From the NCBI GenBank assembly GCA_951406725.2, contig OX597831.1, forward strand, positions 60,016,001-60,080,000: 64,000 bases of DNA. Reading direction: 5' to 3'. The notes under the pieces were generated by a model. That model was not told where the DNA came from, made no database searches, and was given only the letters and a program-made list of their open reading frames with translations. This document shows positions 12,770 to 28,587 of this stretch, piece by piece. Both the position numbers and the translations under genes were made by a program. The first letter of the stretch is position 1; the number at the start of each line of letters is the position of its first letter. The DNA comes from Octopus vulgaris. Its lineage: Eukaryota.

Positions 12770-14050
12770 CATGTGTCCAATGAGAGGATCAATTTCCCTT
12801 CCTTGAAACGCTAAATTAACAATTGTTAACAGAGGTGATTTATTAAAAAACGTTCCCCGTTCTCTCTCTCTCTCCCTCCTCTAACTTCACTCTCAAAATT
12901 TGTGTCTGATTTTGTGTTGAATCTATTCTGTATGCTGCGCACTTGTCTCACCTGGTTATAATCAGTAATAACTAAATTTCACACTGGTTTACCCCAACCA
13001 TTTTCTATTTATGCAGAAATGCCTTCTTTTTTGGTTTACTTCCACACTTTTTACAATGATAGCATCGTGTTATCAATTTGTCTTCAACACTATACGTATG
13101 CCACATCAACAAGTCAACAACCAGACACCTCAAACTACCTAGAATATTTTCGTAACTCCAAACATTATCTCTGCCTTGGTATAACTGTCGCATTTATCGA
13201 TTCATACGATCATTACTGCATATTATCTACTTAACACATTTACACATACCGCAAAATACTTACTTCCTCATGTACCCTCTTTTATTACAGGAAAACTAAC
13301 GGTGGAAGAACATTCCGCGTAGGCCAGCTATTCTTTATTGTGAAGGAATTGTATTGCTGTTCCACCATTGACATATATACAGATATTCCAAATTCACAAT
13401 TGGTGTAAATAGCGGAAACATTTTCTCGACAAGAAAATGTTTACCATGCTTGATGTAACTGAAATCACCCACCCAGACACGAGTGTCCTCTAATAATTTT
13501 AGGACTTCTTTGCGAATATTGGCAGTGTGTGGAATACAAAGTATGACTCTCATTCTATTTCACAGACAACACTATTGCCAAACCTTTCGATAATTAAAAA
13601 AAAATGATTTTCACCAACTTTGCAGAAGGTATTTTCTCATATTTCATAATGATTATTGCTATCTGAAGAGTAGCAATAATTATAGAGCCTCTGACATTCA
13701 CTGTCTCCTATCCAGTTGATTTCACATTAAAGGCATTTTGCAAAATTATACCACAAACTGTTATAAACTCACACTGAGTAGGAAGATATATTGCTGCTTC
13801 AGGTAAACGAAACTTATCGTGTCATCCCGTTGTACCCCCTTCTCATATTTCTAAGCTAAGGTCATAGTGAAACAACCTCCAACAACCTGAATTGTTGTCA
13901 GCTTAAAGACAATCACCTGCGCCACTTTTAGAGTGCTGAACAAAAGTGCTTCCCTTCATGTAGCTACAATTTATCAAATAACCTTTTAGCTAAGCTTTAA
14001 GACATTACTATGACAGAATTAATATTTTATCAACCTTTGCCTGAGGTGAA
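12770..14050 (-). mobile_element. Highly decayed Helitron RepHel remnant
   Basis: Minus-strand translations give LIKY*FCHSNV, GCWRLFHYDL and LPEAAIYLPTQ..ILQKC, resembling Helitron KY.CHINVE, EA.WR.F and L.EAA...P.Q motifs in the expected order. Confidence 0.4.
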
Positions 14051-14206
14051 TTTCCCACTCACATTTTGTATCATTGATATTTATATTGTGTATGCGTTTG
14101 TAAAAAATTATTCTCCATTTTTAAATTCTACCCAATATTTATAACAAATTATAATAAATTAGCTTGTCCCGGTTTGCATATATATACACACATATTCTTC
14201 CACATA

Positions 14207-15478
14207 TTAGGTTGTTCCGAAAATAATGGCCGCTCTGAGTGTTGTGTTCTGAAACACAATTTTATGATAGTACTCTAATTATATTTTAGGTAATTTCGAC
14301 AAATTTAATAATTGATATATGCTCATTAATAATTTTCTAATTATTTCAGATAGAAAACATTCTTGAAGCACAAACGCCCTTAATTATGAACATGACAAAA
14401 AGTGACCTTCGCTTACTTTCCTTGCACGAGTTCAACCTTGGGCACAGTACCGCCCAAACTAATTCTAATATCAACGGAGCATGGGGAGAGGTTCCAAAAG
14501 TGATCGCACACTATGAAGGTGGTTTCAGAAATTCCGTAGTGGTGATGAGAGCCATGGAGAGGAAAAAGGTACAGTACGGTCATGCAGTCTTGACGATGAA
14601 CGATTAAAAGCAATTATTGAATAAAATCGACGTCAGCGTGTGATGGAAATGCCTCAGGCACTTGCTGCAACGGTCTCAGGCAATCTGTATGAAGATTGGT
14701 AAGGTGAAAACGCAAGAGAAACGGGTACCACATAAGGTCAGTGAAAATCAAAAAGTTTTCCGTTTTGAAGTGTACCCGATGCATTTTCTGCGAAACGCCA
14801 ATGATCTTTTTCCTGACCGAATAGTCACTTATGACGAAAAGTGGATCATTTATGATAACCGTAAACGATCAGGACATTGGCTTGATCGTCATGTGTCCCC
14901 CAAACATTTCCCAAAGCCAAACTTGCACCAGCAAAAGATTATGGTACCTGACGGGTGCTCTTCTATTGGCGTTGCCCATTAGAGCTTTCTGGAAGCCAAT
15001 CAAAGTATTGCAGCAGAGGTTTACTGCAATCAACTCGCTGACATGCATGCTCATTTTTGCAAACAATGAGACCATCATTGGTGTATCGACGTAGCCCAGT
15101 TCTGCTCTACGACCATGCAAATCCACATGCTGCAATAATGACGCTACAGTAACACAGAGACTTGAGATACGAGAATTTACCACGTCCTCCATATTCTCCA
15201 GATTTTTCACACACTGACTACCATTTCGTTAAGCATTAAACACGTCTTTATGTGTTAAAACTTTCATGTCCAAACCAGAGGTGGAATAGGCTTTCAGCGA
15301 TTTCTTAGCATCAAAGCCAATAAGTATTTATCAACGAGGCATAAATAATCTCGGTGATCGATGGGAGATATGCATAGACGTTCTCATGGCTTATACTTAG
15401 ACTAATCAAAACATTTCTATTGTTAATTCTTCCAGAATAAAAATGTTTCTGAAATCAGTCGTTATTTTCGGAACCTAA
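14207..15478 (+). mobile_element. Full-length (~1.27 kb) mariner transposon with TIRs and TA TSD; transposase disrupted
   Basis: TIRs ttaggttgttccgaaaataatggccg / cagtcgttattttcggaacctaa, each flanked by TA. ORF pieces RLLSLHEFNLGH, RVPHKV, RIVTYDEKWIIYDN and PPYSPD. Confidence 0.93.
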
Positions 15479-15494
15479 TATAAATGAAGACACG

Positions 15495-15551
<57 letters not shown>

Positions 15552-15718
15552 CATTTTCTGCAAGAATCCTCAAGTAGCCGAATCAAAGCATTATAAATAC
15601 AATCTCATGTAACTCCCACCAAATATGTTGAGTCCCTCATAATTCCATTGTCCATGCAATCGTACACACACACATAAATATATTACATAATATATATATA
15701 TATGTATATATATATATG

Positions 15719-15787
<69 letters not shown>

Positions 15788-15962
15788 AAGTATGTATGTA
15801 TATATATATATACACACATATATATAAATGCATGTATATATATGGATACATATATCTATCTATATATAGAAAGAGACAGAGACAGAGAGAAAAAGACAGA
15901 AAGAAATAGATAGATTTGAAAGATAAATAAAGAGATATATGTCTGTGTGTCTAAGTATATAT

Positions 15963-16177
15963 ATTTCTTTATTGCCCACAAGGGGACAAACAAGGACAGA
16001 CAAAGGGATTACGTCGAATACATCGATCCCAGTGCGTAACTGGTACTTAATTTATCGACCCCGAAAGGATGAAAGGGAAAGTGGACCTCGGCAGAATTTG
16101 AACTCAGAACGTAATGGCAGGCGAAAAACCGCTAAGCATTTCGCCCGGCGCGCTAACGTTTCTGCCAACTCACCGCC
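15963..16177 (-). mobile_element. SINE family B (head-core-tail1)
   Basis: Matches 59132-59362 in reverse. Confidence 0.88.
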
Positions 16178-16815
16178 TTTGTGTGTGCATGTATATATTA
16201 ACATGCTTGCTTATATACACATATATACCTCTTCAAATACATATAATTAAAAGTAGATACAAACATTAATTTGAACATACCATCACTTATATGCATGTCA
16301 TGTTTCTATTGCGTGGCTAACTCAATGAAACTTAACTCAGGTGGTCTCCGTAAGCCTTTTCGGTACATCATGATGATGGGAATTAAATATTTTAGTTTTG
16401 TGGGAAATAACAGTATCTAGCAATCACTAAGATTTTCAATATCATGAAAATTCTTCAGCATACGCTTTTTATGATATAGACTTTGTGTGTGTCAGAATAG
16501 GCAGCGAGTTGGCAGAATAGCTTGCGTATGGAAACAATGCATTGTTCTGCAATTGCTTTCAAATCCTCACATTCTGAGTTCAGATTTTCTTTTATATTTT
16601 CTTCTACTGATACACCGATAAGGTCACAATGAATACTACTCACACATAATTGAGTCCAACATCCTATCAAAATATCATGCTTAATGCGATATACTGTCTG
16701 ATTGTTTTCTTATAATCCTTATAAAATTTTGGCATTTAACATTTATAATTATATCTTGGAAGGATTGTTGAACACATAAGTTTCTTAGTCACATATTTGC
16801 CCACTTCTATCCCAG

Positions 16816-16850
<35 letters not shown>

Positions 16851-18526
16851 GATATTCAAGAATTCTTTGTGGTTTGCCGTAATATTTAATATTGTAGAAT
16901 ATTTACTTCATGCTTATGTATAAAATGTATTTAAGTTTTCCTAGTGAATACTACTGACATACATCGTACTTGTGACTGGAAATCTGCTGAAGAGAGTTTA
17001 TTTTTGTTATAGAGATCCATTTTCAACATTACTCCAGGATATTGTCAAGACAAAATAGAATTTGATTAAAATCTATTCGCCCAAGTTCCATGCATAATCA
17101 AATTTACACATGGTCGAAAACTTATCCAGTGCAGTTTTATATCTATTCTCCCACGCTTAAAAATTATTTGCACTACTTAGCAATATGCCAAGTTTTAGTT
17201 CTAATAAGTTGCATGTCATCAGTCCAATTATCATTCAGATATTCTAGCTAAACCGTTTTGTACAACTCTACGGAATCTCAACTGAAAACAGCACATAACA
17301 GATTTAGTCATTCAACAGAAGGAAACGTTGAAACTTCTGTTTCCTGTCATCGTGTTGTCTCCGTAGGTGAAATGTTACTCTAAACTAGGCAACTCAAAGC
17401 AACAATATATAAAGAAACTGCAAGTTCACAGACTATCAATTTGAAATATCCAACATGTCTGTGTGGAATATACTGGTTGTCGCGGTGACTTTTTCTAGCG
17501 TAAGAACTGTCACAATTTTTTTTCTATTTCAATGAACTTTGCAATATTTTCATATTTCACATTTAGGATGTTTACGCATAGGCGAAGCGCAAGGCGTTCT
17601 TATATATCCTACTGTACTTGTGATCTCCCTATACTAACTTATAATTTCGATTCTAAAAAGTAAAAAATGTCTGATGTGTGATAATTTTCAAAGCTGCAAA
17701 TAATATTATAACTGACATTGTGTACTGTAAATTTCATTCTACACCTGATTGCAAATAATATGAACAAATGTATTGTATTACACAATAAACGTTGGGTGAG
17801 TTTACATATATTAGCATATAGGATAACTTCCTTTATGTTCAAGCGCTTCTATCTTTTATCATTAAATTGTTTCAGTCATTAGACTGAGGCAATGGTTTTG
17901 GAGGCACGATACGCCCCCAAAACAACAATTCTCACAATTAAGTGAGAAAAACTATTCACTTAAAGTGAACAACTTTTGCCCAACTGTAGGCAGACCAGAG
18001 CTCAGAATCCAGTGAGGATGTTTTGGTTGCACAAAAATAATTACAGCAAACAACAAACCCCCACTGGACCCAAAAAACAAAAATCTCACCTTACAGTTGA
18101 GCTTATTTTTCAATCAATATTTCGCCAGCTCTATACCAGCGTGGCGACTTCTATCAGCGCTACGAAAAACACTGACATGCGCTGTGGGAAGCAAGCTTCT
18201 TACCACACAAACACGCTTGTTTCCTTAGAATGCAAAAGTAAGACAGTGAATCATCGCGATCATTATAGTGTCTTATATATCGACAATTATGTTTCAGTGT
18301 TCTAATCTTCACTGGTATTAGGAAGATCTTGAAGAAACATCGAACAAACAGTTCCCTTATAACGACCCAAACTCTGTATATGTCTTTGTCACATCATAAG
18401 ATAATGTATTTTGATGTTACCGCATGTAGCATAAAAATTGACTGTAAATATGGAAAGCAATTTAGACATATTCTCTAGCTATGTATTCATTGTTTAATGT
18501 TATCGTTAACGTTTGCTTATTTACAG

Positions 18527-18635
18527 AATGCTGATTTCGAAACGAGCAACGAAAGTTGACGGAAATTGAATAATGAAAATAATAAATGAAACATGAAGCA
18601 ATTACAAACGTCTATTATGTTTCTTAGAAAAGAGA
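18527..18635 (+). other. Candidate non-coding or 5' exon
   Basis: Acceptor tttgcttatttacag| and donor AGA|gtgagt. All three through-frames contain stops. Confidence 0.2.
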
Positions 18636-20331
18636 GTGAGTTCATACAATAATATTAGGGTTTTCTTGAAACTGAGAACTACATAACTATATAATTTTAT
18701 TGAATTATCTTCAGATTCAGCACGTGATAATTGCATGTATATATTATAGGAACATTTATTAAGAACCTGAAATTATTATTTCACAATATAAATATGGTGA
18801 TTATAGCACTTTTTTGATATTTGTACAAATATATTTTGATATCAAAACATCTCATTATAATTGTCTTGGTTTACTCGTTTTGTTTGTTACTGCTTTTCTT
18901 GTCACGAAACAAAACAAACTTTCGGTATGATAAATATTTTTGATGTGATAAAAGACATCATCACTTTCATAGATATTCTAAAATAATTAGCCGACATTTC
19001 GATTTCACAACAGAAATTGCGTTCCAAGCTCAAACATAGTCACGATACAGTTTTCCAATTTATGCTTATATTTTCATGTGATGTTTTATATTCATCTCTA
19101 CGCTAATGGAACGCACAGCGTATATATACATTTCATTATTAGTAAATGGGAATAATTTTTAAGCTGGATATTTCAAAGTTATTTATATCTCTGTATTCAT
19201 TACTCAAAAAGAAAAAAAAGCGACAAAACACGTTAGCTGCTTTTACAAAGCATTACTTTACCTTTGTATATAAATAATATATTTTTGTGATATGGAAATT
19301 GTTTTGAATATCTTTGATGAGGTGTTTTGCGACATTTATCGAATACAGTGAAAATTACTTTGTCATTAGGTTTATACACTGAAAAGATAGCATTTCATGG
19401 TCACAGGAATTTGTTTTATATATATGTTATGTTGCAATTTCTGCAAGACAATGTTTCATTTATCATGTGCGTCACATAATATATCTCAGAATTTCTCTAC
19501 GGAATGACTTGAAAAGTGTGTCTTACTTAATGAAAACTAATTTTCTAAGGAGATATATGTCTCGTAAATCCCATGTTCATTGCCATTTTATTTTCCTTTT
19601 TTACATATTTGGATATATACATAGACAACACAAACATAAATATATACGAACAAGTTTGAGAAATAGACAAATGCAAAATCTGGCACACATGCATAAATAA
19701 AATAATGCAAATGTAAAAATTCAATTGTTTGAAAGAAAAGACCTAATAGTATTTGAGCAATGCACTCCTGGGTAGTTGTTGAGTTAGATGAGGAAGTGGT
19801 GAAAGGGAAATAATACATGAAACATGCATATGCAGCCATTACCAATTTTAACCTGTCTTCAAACTCATTGCTTTTTATACATGTCTTCGGTTACGAAACG
19901 TAGTAAAACGCAGTGCTGTCTCTGAATTCTATAGAATATAGACGTAAACACAGATTGACATATACGTAAGTGTAATTTAGCGTAATTGTGAACTACTGCT
20001 TTTCTTAATTCGCGTAAGGTCACGGGATACTTCTGAACAGAGAAAAATCATAGTCGCACACGTCATCGACGTCACAGGGTACACTCCGTGAAAAATAATT
20101 TAGTTGTTGGTTATTTTCTGGCTTGTCCGACATTATGTTAAGCACTGTAAATGAGTTTATATCATGTGTAAACATGTTTCGAAGTTGCAAAATAATGTAA
20201 GGTTCAATCTAGAAGGTGCTACGAATAATATTTAACAGATGAGAAAATATGGAACATGGGGTTATTTAAGTGATAATAAAAGGATGAATAACATCAGTAA
20301 TTAAATATATTGATGTTGATAATGATGATTG

Positions 20332-20386
<55 letters not shown>

Positions 20387-20912
20387 AATAATGAGGAGGA
20401 GGAGGAGAAGGCGGTCGTCGCCGCTACCGACGACGATGATGATATGATTATGAGAATGGCAATGACGATGATGAAATAGGTGGCATTGGTTGTGGTGGAA
20501 TGTGTACGGATATAGATTTTCCTTGCGGTGATGATGGTAATGACAACGAAAAGCTTCATTATCGATACCATTGTTCACGGCGATGATAGGACCATCTATA
20601 ATTAATTAGTGACATTGTCGTAATTTTCAAAATTCTCATAAATGCTCACGTTAACATTACCATCATAATCATCATCATCATCATCATCATGCCCCCACAT
20701 TCAACATCATAGAAATTTGTATGTGGTTATTGACGTTTATCTCGACCGCATCTTCAATACTATCCTCAAAACCATGATTATCACTAAACTTCGTCCATTT
20801 CCACTTTATCGACATCAATGTCTACATCATTACGAAAAAGATGAAAAATATCGTTATATTCGTGTTTCATAACTGACGCATATCGTTATTGATCATGACG
20901 ATAAAGTATACA

Positions 20913-21298
20913 TTGTTTCAGTCACTGGATCCCGGCCATGCCTTGAAATTTTTTTAGTAGAATTGATCGACTTCTGTACGTATTAATTTATACTTTTTAA
21001 GCCTGGTACATAATCCATCGAATCTTTTGCCGAAGCGCTAAGTTACGAGAAAGTAAAAACACGAACCCCGGTATTCAAGCATTGGTTTAGGGCCAAACAA
21101 CAGTGTAAAGACTCACAATGTCTTTCTCTCTGTCACATAAACATACATATAAATATATTACGACAGGTTTCTTTCAGGTCCAGTCTACCAAATCCACTCA
21201 GAGGTGTTTCGTCATCCCAAGGCTATAGTAAATGACACGGGCTTAAGGCGGCACGCAGTGGGGCTGAACCTGGAGCCATGTAGTTGTGAACGCCTGCG
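20913..21298 (-). mobile_element. SINE family A, older diverged copy
   Basis: Shares ttgtttcagtca, gccgaa..gctaag, cgacagg..tctttcag and ctaccaaatccactcaca with the young copies. Confidence 0.8.
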
Positions 21299-21401
21299 TC
21301 TAAGTGAAATAATCATGAGGATAACATCTAGAAACCATACGTATACATCGCCGATGTTGTTTATGATGATGATGATGATGATGATGATGGTGATGCTGCT
21401 T

Positions 21402-21443
<42 letters not shown>

Positions 21444-21506
21444 ATGGTGATGATGATTAATGATGATGATGATGATGATAATGGTGATGATGATTGATGA
21501 TGTTAC

Positions 21507-21647
21507 TGAGGTACGAATTCCAGAAAGGGGTTGCTCTATTTGTGAGCATAAACCAGACAGTACACTTGCACCAAATAAGCAGAAAATGGCGAGGATCTGC
21601 ACTTCATTATTCACGCAAGTACGAAGAAGGAACAACAGGTTAACTTC
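21507..21647 (-). CDS. Candidate 141-nt phase-0 coding exon (EVNLLFLLRTCVNNEVQILAIFCLFGASVLSGLCSQIEQPLSGIRTS)
   Basis: Strong acceptor tttttgtttcag and weak donor TCA|gtaaca. Only one frame is open. Non-repeat island with no recognised homology. Confidence 0.25.
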
Positions 21648-21956
21648 CTGAAACAAAAATTTGGAATTTTCAAACCGTATCAGTTACAAAGTCTGTAAAG
21701 AGAAAGAACGCATTCGAGAGGAAAATAAAATAAAAACACTGATATTTCTCCTAAAAGAATACAGTCCACATTTTCTTCTTTCTCGAATTATTTCTCCTCC
21801 TTCAACGAAATGGCTGAACAATGAGATGGAAACAACAGGGCGCAATGTTTACCATTTCTCAAAGATGAGATTATAAACATTATCTTCCAGTACTTATGAG
21901 ATGTAGAGAATGCTAACAAGAATAATAATAGTAAAAATTACATTCTAAATAACACA

Positions 21957-22113
<157 letters not shown>

Positions 22114-22701
22114 GTTGTTGTTGTTATAAGTAATAATTGTAAAAATAATATTAATAGTTTCTTTATAAACAAAATAGACATTTTTATTATTACCATTATT
22201 GTTATTTTTATTATCACTATTATTACTATTATTATTGTTGTTGTTGTTGTTGCCGTTGTTTTTCTCATTTTGGTTGTTGTTATTGGTATTGCTATTATTC
22301 ATTTTATCATTCTTATTAAGAATAGCAACAATAATAATAAAAATATTAGCGTCGGAAAAAAATATATATCATTCGGTCAGGGTGGACAAACATGATATCT
22401 CTTAAAAAGATTTTCAGAAAAAAAATTATGCAAAGAAAATTCAATATCTGCTTATCTCTTCCGTAACAGTCTATTGTTATTTGGCTATACTTGAGGGACG
22501 GAAAAAATCTTCTATAACATGAAAAAATATCTTCACAAATATATGGACTCGCTTGGATATATATATTGTGTATATTTGTACAAACAGAAAACTTACTGAA
22601 CTTTTCGCTCTCAGATATTCCCTCTATTTCTAGACATGCATGCAACTTATCACTCAGTCTCTTAACTTTCATTTTATATCTAGATACATATACGCACAAA
22701 T

Positions 22702-22758
<57 letters not shown>

Positions 22759-22996
22759 AAACGCATATATATATATATATGTATATACATGTATATTTAT
22801 ATATATATATATATATGCATATATACATGTGTGTTTATATATACTTATACATATATGTGTATATATGTATATATATGTATATATACATATATATAGATAT
22901 ATTCGTAGATACATTTATATATATATACTTATATATACATAACTACATATATATAGTTAGATGGATAGAAACTATAAATATGCATATATATATAAT

Positions 22997-23055
<59 letters not shown>

Positions 23056-23338
23056 AGAGAGTATGTATATGCATATGTATGTATGTTCGTGTGTGTCTGT
23101 GAGTGCGTGCGAAATGATCTTAATATGCATAATGATTTCATGTACGTCTTCACATATTTGTGTATTTTTTTCTATGTATCTATGAAAATATATAAATGTA
23201 TTCGAATACAATATGCATATCCACAAAGATATGCTCAAACAGACAGACCTACACACATAAATATAGTCATATCTATCTGTCTATCTATCAATCTATATAT
23301 GTGTGCGTGCGTTTGCATATGTATGCATATATATATAC

Positions 23339-23394
<56 letters not shown>

Positions 23395-23445
23395 GTATAT
23401 ATGTATATCTATATATGTATGTATGTATATATATATAAATACATG

Positions 23446-23481
<36 letters not shown>

Positions 23482-23484
23482 TGC

Positions 23485-23518
<34 letters not shown>

Positions 23519-24269
23519 AGAATAATATTGAACTCGTAAAATACCGATACACACAATTTTAAGTGTTCCTGATACAAACATTTTAAACATTTTCTGTACA
23601 TTCTATTTCTTCATCTCAGTCATTGTTTCTCCTACGGACGTGAACGTTGAATAGTTTGGATTTTCATTAAATCATTATATATATTTTTTCAGAAACGCAC
23701 CCACAAAAAGACACAATCTCTCTCTCTCTCTCATATTTTTATATGTATAATGATAATGATAATGACGTATATTTGCCATTTAAATATGGCTAAGCCCTAA
23801 GGGTGGATGCTACTGTAGTTTGTAGCACCAGGAGGACACCTCCTCCAGTTGGTCATAGGCACACTTTCTGTGCCCTATCAGTCTTTGCAAAGAGAAGCCA
23901 TCCTTCCAGTCTTCAACTTATGATACACACGGACTCGAGTTACTATTTATATATATATATATGAATGATATATATTTTTATATGTAATACTAGCAATAAT
24001 AATTGGATGGAATTTGATACGTGCATTTCTGAAAAACGCATGTCCCCCATTGCTTTTCCCGCGATGACTGCAAAGGGGAAACGGGCAGATAATTAATGGA
24101 TGTTTAACTGATGTTTGTTTATCCCTTAGCACCAGAGATGAACCAAGGCTGGACAAACCAGATAATTTAAATCATTTCAATGGGTCATCGAAGTAAGCAA
24201 ATGTAAATAATGATGCCTTACAGTGGATATAATCGTAAGCTAAATAATGAACGTAGAAGTTGCCATACG

Positions 24270-24339
<70 letters not shown>

Positions 24340-24373
24340 ATTATTGTCGTTGTTATTATTATTATTATTATTA

Positions 24374-24415
<42 letters not shown>

Positions 24416-24735
24416 GTTGTAGTAGTAGTAGTAGTATAATTAGTAGTAGTATTATCATTATTATTATACACATGTATTTAAGCTACTAATAGTTTCATAT
24501 GCTGAGAAATACTTAGGCATATTCTTCTAGCGCAAACCACATTGTAACGATTTAAATTAAGATAAAACACATAATCAAATAAAAAACTAAGGATCCATGT
24601 ATTGTGCCCTTTAAATAAATACTAATTTACTCAATGAGATGGAGTACATTTTCTATTCAATCTTCTATCACGGAAAAGTACATTACGGACATACACACAC
24701 AAACACACGTATGCACACACACACACACACACACA

Positions 24736-24785
<50 letters not shown>

Positions 24786-25191
24786 TGTGTGTGTGTGTAT
24801 AAATATGAAACGTTTTAATGGACTTAGGAAACAATGAGATCTAATGGATAAGCAGTATATTCAGCAACAATCGTTTCATTTTATAAATAAAATTAAAATT
24901 ACAAAAACCTATATAAATGTATAATTGTGCATTTGAAATACTTTGGAAAGAAAATCATCAGGGCGTGCATAGGACAATAATTGATGCATTTGGATACATT
25001 AGGAATACATAGAATATACATACACGTTTACTATATGTGTATGGAAACGCGCGTGTGTGTACGTACGCATGCATTAAAATTGTTCCTTTTGTTTCAATTA
25101 ATTAACAATAATAATAATATTAATAATAATAATGTTAATAATGATAATAATAATAATAATAATAACAATAATAATAATAATGATAATAAAC

Positions 25192-25266
<75 letters not shown>

Positions 25267-25353
25267 GGTATACTGGTCTTTGTATATTTTACCCCAATGT
25301 CAATTTGATGGCACGCACTGCTATCTCACTCAATAATAATAATGATAATAATA

Positions 25354-25924
25354 ATGCCCTGATACAGTACAAGGCAGTGGCTGTTGTGGCTTCTGATCTT
25401 AACTGATTGGATGTGTTATCATGCACATTGGTTTGTATTGGTATAAAAGACGGGCTACAGCAAATATTCTGCTCAATACAACAGATTTGCTTGTCAGTTG
25501 TTAGACCTTAACCAGTTAACCATGTCACTTAGCGGCTGACGTTATGTGCATCTCTGCTCACGAGCAGAAGTAGTGGGGAATCATTATAGCCATGTTTTGT
25601 GAGGGATTCTTTGGGGTTTCAATAATTCACCCCTGGAAACATGGATATTTCGTTCAACATACTTAAACAACCCTTATTCAGGGACATTTTGAGCGGGATA
25701 AGTTACTCGACCAGAAAAAATTTTAACTGGGCCCCACCTGCAAGGTCATGTGCTGTTCATCTTGATATGAGATCACCATGTCGCGCACACATGGTTGTGA
25801 AGCATGTGCCTAGTGTACCCTTATCAGACGGGTAGTCATGATGGGTATTCAGGGCTTTGTATTTTTTACCCCAATGTCACTTTGATGACATGCACTGCTC
25901 TCTCTCTCTCTCTCTCTCTCTCAA
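25354..25924 (+). mobile_element. ~570-bp non-coding interspersed element, copy 2, inside (TAA)n; an extra 3'-end fragment lies at 25266-25333
   Basis: Homologous to 2597-3133. 25266-25333 repeats 25843-25924. All junctions fall in TAA repeats. Confidence 0.75.
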
Positions 25925-25952
25925 TAACAATAATGATAATAATAATAATTGA

Positions 25953-26280
25953 AGGCACATAGATCAGAGGTTTGAGCGTCTATCTTACGACCGTGAATTT
26001 GTGAGTTCAAATCCCGGACACGGCTGCGTGTTGTATTCTTGAGCAAGACACTTTATGTCACGTTGCTCCAATTCCCAGACCTGTAGAAATGAGTTGCGGC
26101 GTCACTGATGCCAAGCTGTATCCGCCTTCGCCTTTTCCTTGGATAACATCGGTGGTTTGGAGAGGCGAGGCAGGTATGCATGGGTGACTGCTGGTCTTCC
26201 ATAAACAACATTGCCCGAACTTGTGCATTGGAAGGTAAATTTCTAGGTGCAATCCCATGATCTTCGAAGGGGTTTTTCGC
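25953..26280 (+). mobile_element. tRNA-derived SINE family C
   Basis: B box gagttcaaatcc followed by ttcttgagcaagacactt. Ends at TAA repeats. A related decayed copy lies at ~55715-55930. Confidence 0.7.
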
Positions 26281-26501
26281 AATAATAATGAAAACAATAA
26301 CAATAATAATAACCATGAATGAATGGCTATATTATGTATGGTAAAATAACATAATAAACAAAAGAAAGGAAAAAGAAAATATAATTTATGTTCATGGAAT
26401 AAAATAATTAAAAGTGAAACAAAATATATACTTATATTTGTACGTAGGCGTATTATTTCAATTATTGGGGGACAACCACAAACACCCAAATGTATACACT
26501 C

Positions 26502-26575
<74 letters not shown>

Positions 26576-26584
26576 TATATATAT

Positions 26585-26728
26585 ACGATGGGTTTCTTTC
26601 AGTTTCCTTCTACCAAACCTACTCACAAGACTGTGGTCGGCCCGACGTTATATAGCAGATGCCCAAGGTGGCACGCACTGGGACAGGATCCGAAACTATG
26701 TGGTTGGTGAGCAAGCTATTTACCACGA
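26585..26728 (-). mobile_element. SINE family A 5' half
   Basis: tctttcagtttcc..ctaccaaa..ctcacaag ... tgtggttggtgagcaagcta.ttaccac. Confidence 0.75.
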
Positions 26729-26791
26729 GAGTTAAACTAATACATCGCTTTGTTTTTCACACCACCTGCCTTCGTATTTTTTCTGAAATCT

Positions 26792-26833
<42 letters not shown>

Positions 26834-27408
26834 GTTCATGTACGATGGCGCATATAAAAGTACACGTGTACAATCATAAGTATAAATTTTATTTTGCTTT
26901 TATTTATAGAACAGCGATTTTATTCTTCTTTTACTGCTTTTTTATATATTTTGTTACTATAGGGGATAATACTTGATGATGATGATCGAAATGAAATAAC
27001 AGGAATAAATTTAACGCACGCGTACACACATGCATATATAAACACATAGCAAACGTCTGTATATTGTGTGCATTCCTGAAATATCCTAATGTAATTCTTA
27101 TTCTTCTTTACACGCACTGATAATTTTCCTTAGATGGCATTTAAAATGCAAAATGTTATATTTTTGTATGTTTTGTATTTTAATATTTTTTGTAAAATGA
27201 AAGGATTGCTGGTGAATATTTTGACAAATTAATAATCTAATTTCTATCCATTAGATCTCTCTGTTTTCTAACTCGATAAAAATGTTTGATATTTTACGAT
27301 ATTCTATATAATATATTTATTGAAGAATTATTTGTTCAATATTTAATATATTAAACCAGTTTATCTTGAATTTATATTCCTATATAGTTTTAAATCTATC
27401 TACCTATC

Positions 27409-27523
<115 letters not shown>

Positions 27524-27767
27524 ATATGTTCGTATGTGTGTGTATCGTTGCTGATATATTGCACTGTCGTTCGTCCAGATCTGGCCAAATGCTAATTATT
27601 CAATATTTAGTTTTTCTTGCAATAGTTGGTACTTTGGTCAAAATATCGTATCTACAGCTGCCTCAGGATTAAAAAATAAGACAAATCGGGAAAGTAAAAC
27701 GCATGTACAGTACTTTTACTATGGAATGGTGACAAGATTTGGACTTACGGCACTTTTGCACGATAGG

Positions 27768-27832
<65 letters not shown>

Positions 27833-28118
27833 ACATACGTGTGTATACGCCTGTTGCGAGAGTGAACTCTCAAAATTATAGTATGACAATAGCGACTTTG
27901 CTAAATTTTTATATTTACTACAATTTTGCTCACGTTGCATCTTTCGTTTCCATTTCCTATTTACCTGTGCATAAATCACTGAAGTACACCTGTTTGGAAA
28001 TGTAGACAATTAAAGGTATACATAATCTGTTCTCTATCTTTATCTTTCCCTCTATCTCGTTTTCTCTCTGTAAAAATCGTTATGGGAATTACATGAATGC
28101 AATATTTCTGAAGCCTGT

Positions 28119-28154
<36 letters not shown>

Positions 28155-28177
28155 CGTTAGTATCGATGTATGTCCAA

Positions 28178-28243
<66 letters not shown>

Positions 28244-28295
28244 ATGCATCTATAATATATAATTTTATATTTATATATCTATATACATATCTATG

Positions 28296-28346
<51 letters not shown>

Positions 28347-28520
28347 CTATTTTGTTTCCTTCCATTGAATCGAGTATCTAGTTTACTGTACCGGATCGTG
28401 TGTATTTCTTCATCTGATAAAAAATACACTGAGGAAAAGAGAAAATCCACATGAAGTGAAATTCACCGCAAATCCTGCGGTAATCACTATTGATAATATC
28501 AATAGAATATATATAAATAC

Positions 28521-28587
<67 letters not shown>

